The translations under genes and the position numbers were made by a program. A model generated the notes under the pieces. It searched no databases. It was not told the DNA's origin and saw nothing but the letters and a program-made list of their open reading frames with translations. 55,140 nt of DNA. Source: Acidimicrobiales bacterium. GTDB taxonomy: Bacteria; Actinomycetota; Acidimicrobiia; Acidimicrobiales; VFJN01. Below are positions 36,191 to 44,390 of this stretch, one piece after another (positions within the stretch are counted from its first letter, which is position 1; the number at the start of each line of letters is the position of its first letter). The stretch spans positions 1 through 55,140 of the forward strand of contig JBOGHG010000001.1 in NCBI GenBank assembly GCA_050744525.1. Direction: 5' to 3'.

Positions 36191-37801
36191 ATGGCCGAAG
36201 TCGACAGCATCGCCCTTGCGCGGGAGGCCTGCGCAGGTCGGGACTGGCCTGCTGCGGCAGCATCGTTTGCGGCGGTGCCCCCGGACGCGATGATCGCGGC
36301 TGACCTAGCCGCGTACGCCGACACCCAGTTCTGGCTGGGTCACATCGACGACAGCCTGCGGCTCGGCGCCGCGGCGTACGACGCCTTCCTTCAGGAGTCG
36401 CGACCAGAAGGCGCCGCCATGTCCGCGGTGTTGCTGGGGATCCTCCACATGGCGATGGGTGACGAGCCGCAGGGCATGGGCTGGATCGGCCGCGCCGGAC
36501 GCCTCGCCCAGGACATCCCCGAGTGCGCGGTGCACGGCTACCTGATGTTCCTGACCGAGGTGGAGGCGAACCTCCAGTTCGGGCAGCCGACGGAGGCCGT
36601 CGAGGCGGCCCGGCGGATGCAGGACCTCGGCCGACGCCTCGACCATCCGGACATGATCGCCATGGGGATCCACGCCGAGGGCCGGGTCTTGATCAGGTCC
36701 GGCGACGCCGCCGACGGCTTGGCACTGATCGACGAGGCGATGGTAAGTGTCCTGGATCGCCGGCTTACCCCGTTCACCGAGTGGACCCTCTACTGCTTCA
36801 CGATCGACGCCTGCCACGAGGTAGCCGACCTGCACCGGATGAGTCGCTGGACCGAGCTGACCGAGGAGTGGCTGGCTTCCCTCCCTGACGCGCTCGGCCC
36901 GGGTTTCGGGGGCATGTGTGCGGTGCACCGCGCGCAGCTCCACCTGTTCCATGGCGCGTGGGAGGAGGCCGAGCGCGCCGCCCTTCCCGCCGCGCAGCTC
37001 GACTCCGTGCGGGTCGGCTACGGTGCGGAGGCCTGGTACGTCATCGCCGAGTCGCGACGACTTAGCGGCGCGCCGGGTGCGTCCGAGGCGTACAACGAGG
37101 CCCACGCCCGCGGCCGGAATCCGCAACCCGGACGGGCGCTGCTGCGGCTCGCTGAGGGTGACGCCGAGGGTGCGGCCCGCTCCCTTCGCTCCGCCATCGC
37201 CGCTGCCGGGCCCGACCCGCTGCGCCGCGCCCCGCTGTGCGCCGCCGCCGTCGAGGCAGCGATCGCGGCCGACCGGCTCGAGGATGCCTCTGCTGCGGCC
37301 GCCGAGCTCGGGGAGACGGCGGCAACATGGGCTACGTGCGGCCTGGCAGCGATGGCGGCCGCCGCGCGGGGGGCCGTCCTGCTGGCCGTGGGACGTGCCG
37401 AGGAGGCGCTGCCCGTGCTCAGCGATGCCTGCCGGCGCTGGCACGAGCTGGGGGCGACCTACGACGCCGCCCGGTCCTGCCTGCGCCTGGCCGAGGCCTA
37501 CCGGACGCTGGGCGACGAGGACTCCGAGACAGCGGAGCGAGCGCTGGCAGAGGCGGCGTTCGCACGGTTGGGCGTCCCCATGGTGGCGAACGAGGCACCC
37601 GATGGGCTGACCGACCGGGAGTGCGAGGTGCTGGCGCTGGTGGCTGAAGGCAGGACTAACGCACAGATCGCGGAGGCGCTCTTCATCAGCGACCGCACCG
37701 TGGCGCGTCACCTGACCAACATCTTCCACAAGATCGACGTCGAGTCGCGCACCCAGGCGGCCCGCTACGCGATGGACCACGGGATGGCGTCGGCTCGGTA
37801 G
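36191..37801 (+). CDS. LuxR-family regulator with N-terminal helical-repeat sensor region and C-terminal HTH
   Basis: C-terminal LTDRECEVLALVAEGRTNAQIAEALFISDRTVARHLTNIFHKIDV. ATG follows GGGGGAG. Confidence 0.85.
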   Translation: MAEVDSIALAREACAGRDWPAAAASFAAVPPDAMIAADLAAYADTQFWLGHIDDSLRLGAAAYDAFLQESRPEGAAMSAVLLGILHMAMGDEPQGMGWIGRAGRLAQDIPECAVHGYLMFLTEVEANLQFGQPTEAVEAARRMQDLGRRLDHPDMIAMGIHAEGRVLIRSGDAADGLALIDEAMVSVLDRRLTPFTEWTLYCFTIDACHEVADLHRMSRWTELTEEWLASLPDALGPGFGGMCAVHRAQLHLFHGAWEEAERAALPAAQLDSVRVGYGAEAWYVIAESRRLSGAPGASEAYNEAHARGRNPQPGRALLRLAEGDAEGAARSLRSAIAAAGPDPLRRAPLCAAAVEAAIAADRLEDASAAAAELGETAATWATCGLAAMAAAARGAVLLAVGRAEEALPVLSDACRRWHELGATYDAARSCLRLAEAYRTLGDEDSETAERALAEAAFARLGVPMVANEAPDGLTDRECEVLALVAEGRTNAQIAEALFISDRTVARHLTNIFHKIDVESRTQAARYAMDHGMASAR

Positions 37802-37947
37802 CCCGACCCGACAACCGGGTGCTTACGCACAACCGCGTAGTGCCCCGCTGGCCGATTGGTCAATAGCGCCGATGCCACGGCTACCTCGCCCTTGTCAACA
37901 TGGGTAGAGACGCGCCGATCGGCGGCGCCACCGCTGGGAGGCAGACC

Positions 37948-38799
37948 ATGACCGAGGAACGAATCCACCGCGCCGTCTCCGCCGACGGCACCGAGATCGC
38001 CGGCCGGGTGGTCGGGCAGGGACCTCCGCTGGTCCTCGTGCACGGAGCGATCGGCGACGGCGAGTTCGCCTGGACCGAGTTGCTCCCCCACGTTACCGAC
38101 CGGTTCACCTGCTACCTGCCGAGCACTCGCGGGCGGGGACTCTCCGGCGACCACCCCGATCACTCGATGCCGCGCCTGTCGGAGGACGTCACCGCGTTCG
38201 TCGGCAGCATCGGCGAGCCCGTCTGCCTGATGGGCTGGTCGGGCGGCGGGCCGCTCGCGCTCGGCGCGGCCGAGCAGACCGACACCGTGACCGCGGTCGC
38301 CGCATGGGAGTCCGCCGGCTCGCTTCAGGCCTTCGGCGCCGACGGGATGACCGACCTGGGTCGGCTCGGTGCCGCAATAGAGCAGGTTGGAGTCGCGGCC
38401 AACGACGGACGTCTGGGCGACGCGCTGCGTGCCTTCCTCGTCGGCATCTGCAGCGACCAGGAAATCTCCGTCCTCGAGGGCACCGACTTCCATCAGCGTT
38501 GGGCAGGTGGTGTGCCGGAGATGCTGGTCTTCCTGCAGCACGTCATGTCGACCGAAGATCCGGGCCCGCTCGCTGCCGAAGCGCTGGAGCAGCTAGCCGT
38601 GCCGTTGTTGTTGCTGACCGGCACCGAGACCCTGCTCCCGACGATGTTCGGCAACGTCGCCACGTTCGTCAACGAACGCGTCGCCGACGCGCAGGTCCGC
38701 GAGGTCGCCGGCGTCGGCCACTTCGCCCCCGTGGTCGCACCGAAGGTGGTCGCCGAAGAGCTGACCAGCTTCCTCGATGTGGCCTTGCAGCCTGGGTGA
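37948..38799 (+). CDS. Alpha/beta hydrolase
   Basis: LVLVHGAIGDG oxyanion region and nucleophile elbow GWSGGG. ATG at 37948 follows GGGAGG. Confidence 0.85.
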   Translation: MTEERIHRAVSADGTEIAGRVVGQGPPLVLVHGAIGDGEFAWTELLPHVTDRFTCYLPSTRGRGLSGDHPDHSMPRLSEDVTAFVGSIGEPVCLMGWSGGGPLALGAAEQTDTVTAVAAWESAGSLQAFGADGMTDLGRLGAAIEQVGVAANDGRLGDALRAFLVGICSDQEISVLEGTDFHQRWAGGVPEMLVFLQHVMSTEDPGPLAAEALEQLAVPLLLLTGTETLLPTMFGNVATFVNERVADAQVREVAGVGHFAPVVAPKVVAEELTSFLDVALQPG

Positions 38800-39270
38800 C
38801 CGTCGTCGCGGCCTGTGAGGAGCCGCTCCGGCAGAGACGGAACCGTGCGTAGAGCTGAGCCCTCCCGGCGGATGATCGCTGATTGGTGAGGAGTTCAAGC
38901 CCGCGCTCGCCGTCGCTTCACGTCCTCGCCGGCTGGGCGGCGCCCTCGCTGCGGGCGTCGCGGTGTGCCACCTTCCGCGATCGCGCCAGACTGACTTGAG
39001 ACATCGACGGCTCGGGTCGCGCCATCCATACGAGGGGTGTCACCGAACGCGTGTCCACATCGACCTGAGGCATGTCACCGAGGTGCCGTTGCGGGTGCAG
39101 CAACTCCCGCGAGCACGAGAGTTCGCTGAGCGCTTGACGGCGTACCGATTCGGCGGTAGGTGCGTTCGGGACAGTGCGATCGCCGCTGCTTGCGAGCGTT
39201 GTGTCTTCAACACGTAGCTGGGGCCGGGCGGCTCTGGCCTCCGGGTCTCGGCCTGACCTGGAGGTGCGAC

Positions 39271-40185
39271 ATGACCGACACGCCTACGACCGACGTCGCT
39301 GTCGTCGACCCGGCGTTCTCCGATGCCGAGCGGTACGCGCTGGCGGCGTTCCTCGCCGGCTACCAGGGCTTGACTCGCGACGCCTATGCGCTGGACCTGC
39401 GTCAGTTCATCGCCTGGTGTGAGGAGCGCAACTTGCGGCTGTTCGCCGTCCGCCGGGCGGACATCGAGTGCTTCGCCCGCGACCTCGAAGCACGCGGTCG
39501 CGCCCGTGCCACGGTGGCCCGTCGGCTATGCACGGTGTCGGGCTTCTACCGGTACGCGGAGCAGGAAGGACTCCTCGAGCGATCACCGGCGGCGCACGTT
39601 CGCCGGCCTCGTCTCGACTACGAGTCTCACGCCACCGGGCTGGACCGCAACGAAGTCGGAGCGCTCCTCGTCGCCGCCGGACTGGCCTCGGCGCGCGAGC
39701 ACGCCCTCATCTCGCTGCTAGCGATCAACGGCCTGCGGGTCTCCGAAGCGCTCGGCGCTGACATCGAAGCTCTCGGTATCGAGCGCGGGCACCGCACCCT
39801 CACCGTGTTGCGCAAGGGCGGCAAGGTCGTCACCATCCCGCTCGCCCCCCGGACCGCACGGGCGATCGATCTGGCTATCGGCGAGCGGGTCGAGGGGCCG
39901 ATCTTCCAGGGCCAGAACGGCGAGCGTCTCGACCGGCACGCGGCTTGGCGGATCGTGCGGCGCCTGGCTCACAAGGCTGGGATCAGCAAGCCGGTCGGGC
40001 CGCACACGCTGCGCCATGCGTTCATCACCGCCGCGCTCGATGCTGGTGTCCCGTTGCGAGACGTGCAGGAGGCCGCCTCCCACGCCGATCCGCGGACCAC
40101 GATGCGCTACGACCGCGCTCGTGTGTCCCTCGATCGGCACGCCACCTATGTCGTCGCCGCGTTCCTCGCCGGTGCCGCCCGCTGA
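39271..40185 (+). CDS. Tyrosine-type site-specific recombinase/integrase (XerC/D-like fold)
   Basis: N-terminal SAM-like core-binding domain (TVARRLCTVSGFYRY). Catalytic residues are present in INGLRVSEAL (R), HTLRHAFIT (H-x-x-R) and HADPRTTMRYD (H...Y). ATG follows GGAGG. Confidence 0.9.
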   Translation: MTDTPTTDVAVVDPAFSDAERYALAAFLAGYQGLTRDAYALDLRQFIAWCEERNLRLFAVRRADIECFARDLEARGRARATVARRLCTVSGFYRYAEQEGLLERSPAAHVRRPRLDYESHATGLDRNEVGALLVAAGLASAREHALISLLAINGLRVSEALGADIEALGIERGHRTLTVLRKGGKVVTIPLAPRTARAIDLAIGERVEGPIFQGQNGERLDRHAAWRIVRRLAHKAGISKPVGPHTLRHAFITAALDAGVPLRDVQEAASHADPRTTMRYDRARVSLDRHATYVVAAFLAGAAR

Positions 40186-40205
40186 CGCGCCGCAGCGCGA
40201 GGCGC

Positions 40206-40484
40206 TCAGCTGACCTTCAGATAGCGGCGTAGCGCCTCGCGCACGACCTCCGATGCCGGCGTGTCGTCCGCGGCGGCGCGCTCGTCGAGCGCCCGGCGAA
40301 GCTCCGGCTCCAACCGGACCGGAAACGACTCGGCCGGGGCCGAGCCCATTGCCGGGCGACCGGGCCGCCGCCGAAGCTTCGTGATGTCAAGGCCTTCCTC
40401 GGCCTCGTCCGCCATACGGTCGAGCACCTCGTCGGTCAGCTCGACGCCAGCCTTGGTTCGGCCATGGGACTTACGCTCAGGCAT
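40206..40484 (-). CDS. BrnA-like antitoxin with C-terminal ribbon-helix-helix
   Basis: C-terminal FPVRLEPELRRALDERAAADDTPASEVVREALRRYL. Its start overlaps the upstream toxin gene by 8 nt. Confidence 0.7.
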   Translation of the reverse strand: MPERKSHGRTKAGVELTDEVLDRMADEAEEGLDITKLRRRPGRPAMGSAPAESFPVRLEPELRRALDERAAADDTPASEVVREALRRYLKVS

Positions 40485-40728
40485 CGTTGTCTCCTTCACC
40501 GCGGAGGAACGGCTCGTACTTGGCGCGCATGCGCATGGCGTGGATCACGACCTCCGACCCGTCATCGCGCGCCACCGCGACGACCTCGAGCAGGTTCGCG
40601 GCCCGGTCAGGGCCGAGGTACAGCACCTTGCCGTCATCCTGCTCGCCAACCGCAAGGGCATGTTCGACCGCGTGCACGATGTCCTCGTCTGCGATCCCGT
40701 GCCGCTGGGCCGATCGGTAGATCTCCAC
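40477..40728 (-). CDS. BrnT-like (DUF497-like) toxin
   Basis: 83 aa with the pattern ...RHGIADEDIVHAV...YLGPDRAANLLEVVAV..DDGSEVVIHAMRMRAKYE, which resembles BrnT. The gene order is toxin first, as in brnTA. The GTG start sits 6 nt after a GATATT -10-like box. Confidence 0.55.
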   Translation of the reverse strand: MEIYRSAQRHGIADEDIVHAVEHALAVGEQDDGKVLYLGPDRAANLLEVVAVARDDGSEVVIHAMRMRAKYEPFLRGEGDNDA

Positions 40729-40800
40729 GTGCCCAATATCGTATCGCGAAACTCCGGCCCCGTCACCCGCGCGGTTCGGTCGCCCCAGCCGAGCGCACGC

Positions 40801-40818
40801 AGCCGTCGATCCGTCGCG
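40801..40818 (+). repeat. 18-bp direct repeat, right copy (candidate att core)
   Basis: agccgtcgatccgtcgcg is identical to 35830-35847. It lies 73 nt beyond the brnT-like start. Confidence 0.6.
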
Positions 40819-40902
40819 GGGCCGAGCTCACGGCTCTGGTGGCGCGCGATTGGTTGATTTTGGCGATGTGGCCGAGTCGGGGTTCAGCGCACGCTTGGAA
40901 CC

Positions 40903-41547
40903 ATGGTCACGAACACAGCTCGTAGGAATCGAAGTGGGGGGACTCGACGGCTGTACCGCCTGATGTACGGCGTCGGGTTCACGCCGTGGGAGGCCGATGC
41001 GCCGATGGTCCGCGCCGAGCTCGATCGGCTCCTCGCCCGTGAGGAGGCCGCGCGGCAGCGGCCGTACGGATCGGCCCTGGATCTTGGATGCGGTAGCGGC
41101 CAGTGGTCGATCGAGCTCGCTCGCCGTGGTTGGCAGGTCGTGGGGGTCGATGTCGTCGCCAAAGCGATCCGTAGGGCACGGCGGCGCGCGCGGGACGAGG
41201 GTGTCGACGTCACCTTCGTGGAAGGCGATGTGACCGCGCTGCACGACGCCGGCATCGGCAGCGGGTTCTCGTTCGTCCTCGACATCGAGTGCTTCAACCA
41301 CCTGGGCGACGAGCAACGCGCTTCGGTTGGTCGCGAGGTCAACGCGGTGACGACGAGTGATGCCACCATGCTCATGCTTGTGTGGCGCCGCGCCCGGCGG
41401 GGCCTACTCGCTCCCGGGGCGGGACCCGAGGACCTCATCGCCGCGTTCGCGGGGTGGGAGATCGTCGGCGAGCAAGCCTACGAAGGTGAGCTCCCGCGCC
41501 CGCTGAGGAGCATCGCCCCACGGTGGTACCGGCTGGCCCGTATGTGA
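40903..41547 (+). CDS. Class I SAM-dependent methyltransferase
   Basis: Motif I LDLGCGSGQWSIELARRG, post-I VGVDV, and FVLDIECFNH. Confidence 0.8.
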   Translation: MVTNTARRNRSGGTRRLYRLMYGVGFTPWEADAPMVRAELDRLLAREEAARQRPYGSALDLGCGSGQWSIELARRGWQVVGVDVVAKAIRRARRRARDEGVDVTFVEGDVTALHDAGIGSGFSFVLDIECFNHLGDEQRASVGREVNAVTTSDATMLMLVWRRARRGLLAPGAGPEDLIAAFAGWEIVGEQAYEGELPRPLRSIAPRWYRLARM

Positions 41548-41564
41548 CGAGACACGCCTCCTCG

Positions 41565-42842
41565 CTAACCGCTGTTGCCGCGTCCATTGCCCTTTCCGCG
41601 GCTGCGCCCCCCGCTCGGTCCGCCTTTCTCACCGACCTTGTCGTCAGCGCGACCCCCCTTGCTCTGGCCACCGATCTTCTCCGTGGCGACATGATCGTCG
41701 GGGCTCGGAGGCGGGGGAGTGTCCGCAACGGGGGTCGGCGGGTTCGCCGTAGCCGAGGTTGTGCTCGGTGCGGGGCTCGCCGCGGCTGGCACCGGGCCGG
41801 GCGCCGGTGGCGCATCGGCCGACTGCGGGTCGCTGCTGGCGAACAGCCAGGCGGGAACGGCCAGCGTGACGCTCGCCGCAGCCACGGCCGCCAAGCGACT
41901 GCGGCGGCGGTCTGCGGGTGACCGCCGGCCGGAAATCCCCGCGGCCCGCATGATGCTCGTGCGGTGCGCTGGCCGGGGCGCAGTCGATGTCGCGGCGACG
42001 GGTGTCGCCGTGATCGGGGTCGTGAGCTCGATGGTGGCTCGGAGCACGGGCTCGGCCGACCGGACGTCGAAGGCTTCCGCCACCGCGTCGGCGCTGGGCC
42101 GCCGCACCGGGGCGCTGGCTGTCATGGCGACGAGGACTTCGCGCAGCCAGCCCGGGATCCTGTCCGGGATGGCGGGCGGTCGATGGAGCCGCGCGATCGC
42201 CGCCTCCATCCGGCCGCCGGGATAACAACGGGCTCCCGTGAGGCATTCGAGGACCACGAGCCCCAGGGCATAGATGTCAGCCGCGGGCCCGACCCGCTCA
42301 CCACTGACCTGCTCCGGGGCGAGGTAGGCGGCCGTTCCGATGACCATGCCCGTCGCCGTCACGCCGCTGACGTCCGCGAGCCTGGCTGTCCCGAAGTCGG
42401 TGAGCCGGGCTCGGTTGTCCGCGTCGAGCAGCACGTTCGCCGGCTTCACGTCACGGTGCACGACGGTGAGCCGATGGGCGTGCGCGATCGCGTCGGCCAA
42501 CTGTCCCGCCACGCCGATGGACCGGTCGACGCCCAGCGGCCCATCGACGAGCTCGTCGGCAAGTGTCCGGCCCTCGACGAGCTCTAACACGAGATAGGGA
42601 GCGCTCTCGTGGTCACCCGACCCGAGCAGTTTGATAACGCCCGGATGATCGAGCCTGGAGAGCGCTGCTACCTCGATCCGGAACCGCTCCGAGTCGCCGG
42701 CTTCGACATCGCGTAGGAGCTTCACGGCGACCGGTTGGCCGGCCTCCGTGTCCATGGCCCTGTACACCTCCGCCATGCCACCGCGCCCCAGCAGCTGCTC
42801 CACGTGGTAGCGGTGATCGATGAGCAGGTCCAGGGCCAGCAC
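41565..42842 (-). CDS. Ser/Thr protein kinase with TM segment and low-complexity Pro/Ala/Gly-rich C-terminus
   Basis: Motifs LGRGGMAEVYRA, VAVK, HRDVKPANVLL, DFG and APE. TM segment AAVAAASVTLAVPAWLF. The GTG at 42842 (after AGGGGA) is the preferred start. The track ORF's extra 47 codons overlie the PLD pseudogene. Confidence 0.85.
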   Translation of the reverse strand: MLALDLLIDHRYHVEQLLGRGGMAEVYRAMDTEAGQPVAVKLLRDVEAGDSERFRIEVAALSRLDHPGVIKLLGSGDHESAPYLVLELVEGRTLADELVDGPLGVDRSIGVAGQLADAIAHAHRLTVVHRDVKPANVLLDADNRARLTDFGTARLADVSGVTATGMVIGTAAYLAPEQVSGERVGPAADIYALGLVVLECLTGARCYPGGRMEAAIARLHRPPAIPDRIPGWLREVLVAMTASAPVRRPSADAVAEAFDVRSAEPVLRATIELTTPITATPVAATSTAPRPAHRTSIMRAAGISGRRSPADRRRSRLAAVAAASVTLAVPAWLFASSDPQSADAPPAPGPVPAAASPAPSTTSATANPPTPVADTPPPPSPDDHVATEKIGGQSKGGRADDKVGEKGGPSGGRSRGKGNGRGNSG

Positions 42843-42859
42843 AGCGTCGTCCCCTGAAT

Positions 42860-43400
42860 GACAGTCGGGGTTCTCGCTGGTCGTGGGTCTCGTCGAGCAC
42901 GGCACAGTTGAGCTCGGAGTCGTGGGTCCAGGAGCGCAGGTTTGTCGGACCCGACCGTCGCCCACACGTCGTCGACGATGCACGTTTTGGCGTGGACATA
43001 GACGGGCTCACCCTCGTCGTTTTCGAGGTCGTAGACCGCTACCCGTCGCCTCCCACACGGCGTACGAGGTCGACCGCCTGCTGGTGGCCGACGAGCTCGG
43101 GGGCCCGGAGAAGCGGCCACCCCGCTCGGGGAACCGCGGTACGAGCGCGATGAGCCGCAGGTCAGGTTGGCTGGCGATCCGGGCACGCAACGGGTTCCGG
43201 TGATCGAGTGGGGTGGGGTCGTCCCAACGCTCGCGAAACGTGCGCGCCAGATCGCCTATCGCCGGCCCCGTGATCTCGAGCTGGATGTCGTGCCAGCCGG
43301 GACCATCTCCGTAGCGGTCGTCCAGGGCGATCGGCTGCGGGTCGCCCATGTGGCTCTCGTCGTCGCGGCGCCCGTGGCAAGAACCACTGCGCGGCGACAT
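42860..43400 (-). pseudogene. Phospholipase D / cardiolipin-synthase-like gene, truncated at both ends with multiple frameshifts
   Basis: Pieces lie in three frames: CHGRRDDESHMGDPQ...WHDIQLEITGPAIGDLARTFRERW; VAVYDLENDEGEPVYVHAKTCIVDDVWATVGSD (second HKD motif); LRSWTHDSELNCAVLDE. The first HKD half is missing. Confidence 0.75.
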
Positions 43401-43466
43401 GTTCGTGCTCGTCCACAGCGGCGCCAGGATAAAGGGAACCGTGACGCGCCGGTGAGCTCGGCGCCG

Positions 43467-44390
43467 CTACTTCACGACGATGGGGTTGACGGGCGCTCCG
43501 AGGCCGTTGACGAAGGGCTCGGGCGAGCCCTCGAACAGGAACTCGTAGACGCCGTCGTCGGCGCAGTCATCGGCCAGGGCCTCGAGGTCGAAGTTCTGTC
43601 CCTGGGTCAGCCCCATCTCGACCAGGTGGAGCAGGTGCACCACGAGCAGCAGGTCGGGGTGCTTGTCCATGTCCAGGTACTCGAAGGTGATGTTGTCGGT
43701 GGCGACCGCGGCCACGTCGTGATCGCGGAACCACTCGACCGACCAGAACGACGGGCCGGTCCCGCCGTGGTAGCCCTGCTTGTCGCCGGCCTTGAGCAGC
43801 TGCATCATCCCGGTCCGCACCAGGACCACGTCGCCGGGGCCGGCGGTCAGCCTGCCCAGCTCGCAGGCCGCGTCCAGATCCTCGCCGGTGATGGCGTACG
43901 GCACGTCGAGCCGCTCGAGCCCCTTGGCCCGGGCGACGTCGAGGAGGATGCCGCGGCTGACCAGCCGGGCAATGTTGCCGATGCCACAGCGGGCGGCGCC
44001 GGCCTCGCTGAGGTTCTCGATCGGGTGGCCGTTGTAGATCCGCCCGCGGTAGGACGCGTGCGCCAGGGCGTCCCAGTGCGTCGCCGCTTGCAGGCCCATG
44101 ACCACGATGTCGTCGCTGGTGCGGAACCCCTCCGGGTCGAAGACCGGTTGGTTCACCACGAGCATGGTCCGCAGCGGGTTGAGCCGGCCCGGGATGGCGC
44201 CGATCTGCGGGCCGTCGGGACCGAGCGGCAGCGCGAGGGAGAAGACCTTGCCCCGCCGGACCAGCCCCGCCGCCCCGCGTACCACCTCGGGGGTGACGAG
44301 GTTCAGCGTGCCCAGCTCGTCGTCCGCACCCCAGCGGCCCCAGTTGTTGACCTTGCGGGCCAGCTCGTGGAACTCGCCGGGTAGCGCCAT
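43467..44390 (-). CDS. Cyclase-family protein (kynurenine-formamidase-like)
   Basis: NWGRWGADDELGTLN motif, ATHWDALAH, and a 307-aa length. The ATG at 44390 shares one nucleotide with the upstream gene's stop (TGATG). Confidence 0.8.
   Translation of the reverse strand: MALPGEFHELARKVNNWGRWGADDELGTLNLVTPEVVRGAAGLVRRGKVFSLALPLGPDGPQIGAIPGRLNPLRTMLVVNQPVFDPEGFRTSDDIVVMGLQAATHWDALAHASYRGRIYNGHPIENLSEAGAARCGIGNIARLVSRGILLDVARAKGLERLDVPYAITGEDLDAACELGRLTAGPGDVVLVRTGMMQLLKAGDKQGYHGGTGPSFWSVEWFRDHDVAAVATDNITFEYLDMDKHPDLLLVVHLLHLVEMGLTQGQNFDLEALADDCADDGVYEFLFEGSPEPFVNGLGAPVNPIVVK

Noticed and set aside
38990-39090. Short direct repeats upstream of the recombinase (acatcgac x2, tgtcaccga x2) as arm-type binding sites.
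   Set aside because: Matches of 8-9 nt within a few hundred GC-rich bases are expected by chance, and there is no consistent spacing.
40903-43400. Methyltransferase + Ser/Thr kinase + PLD as a phage-defence cassette (DISARM-like or similar).
   Set aside because: The PLD is a lipid-type (cardiolipin-synthase-like) enzyme and is a multiply frameshifted fragment. No helicase, ATPase or nuclease partners are present, and gene orientations do not suggest an operon.
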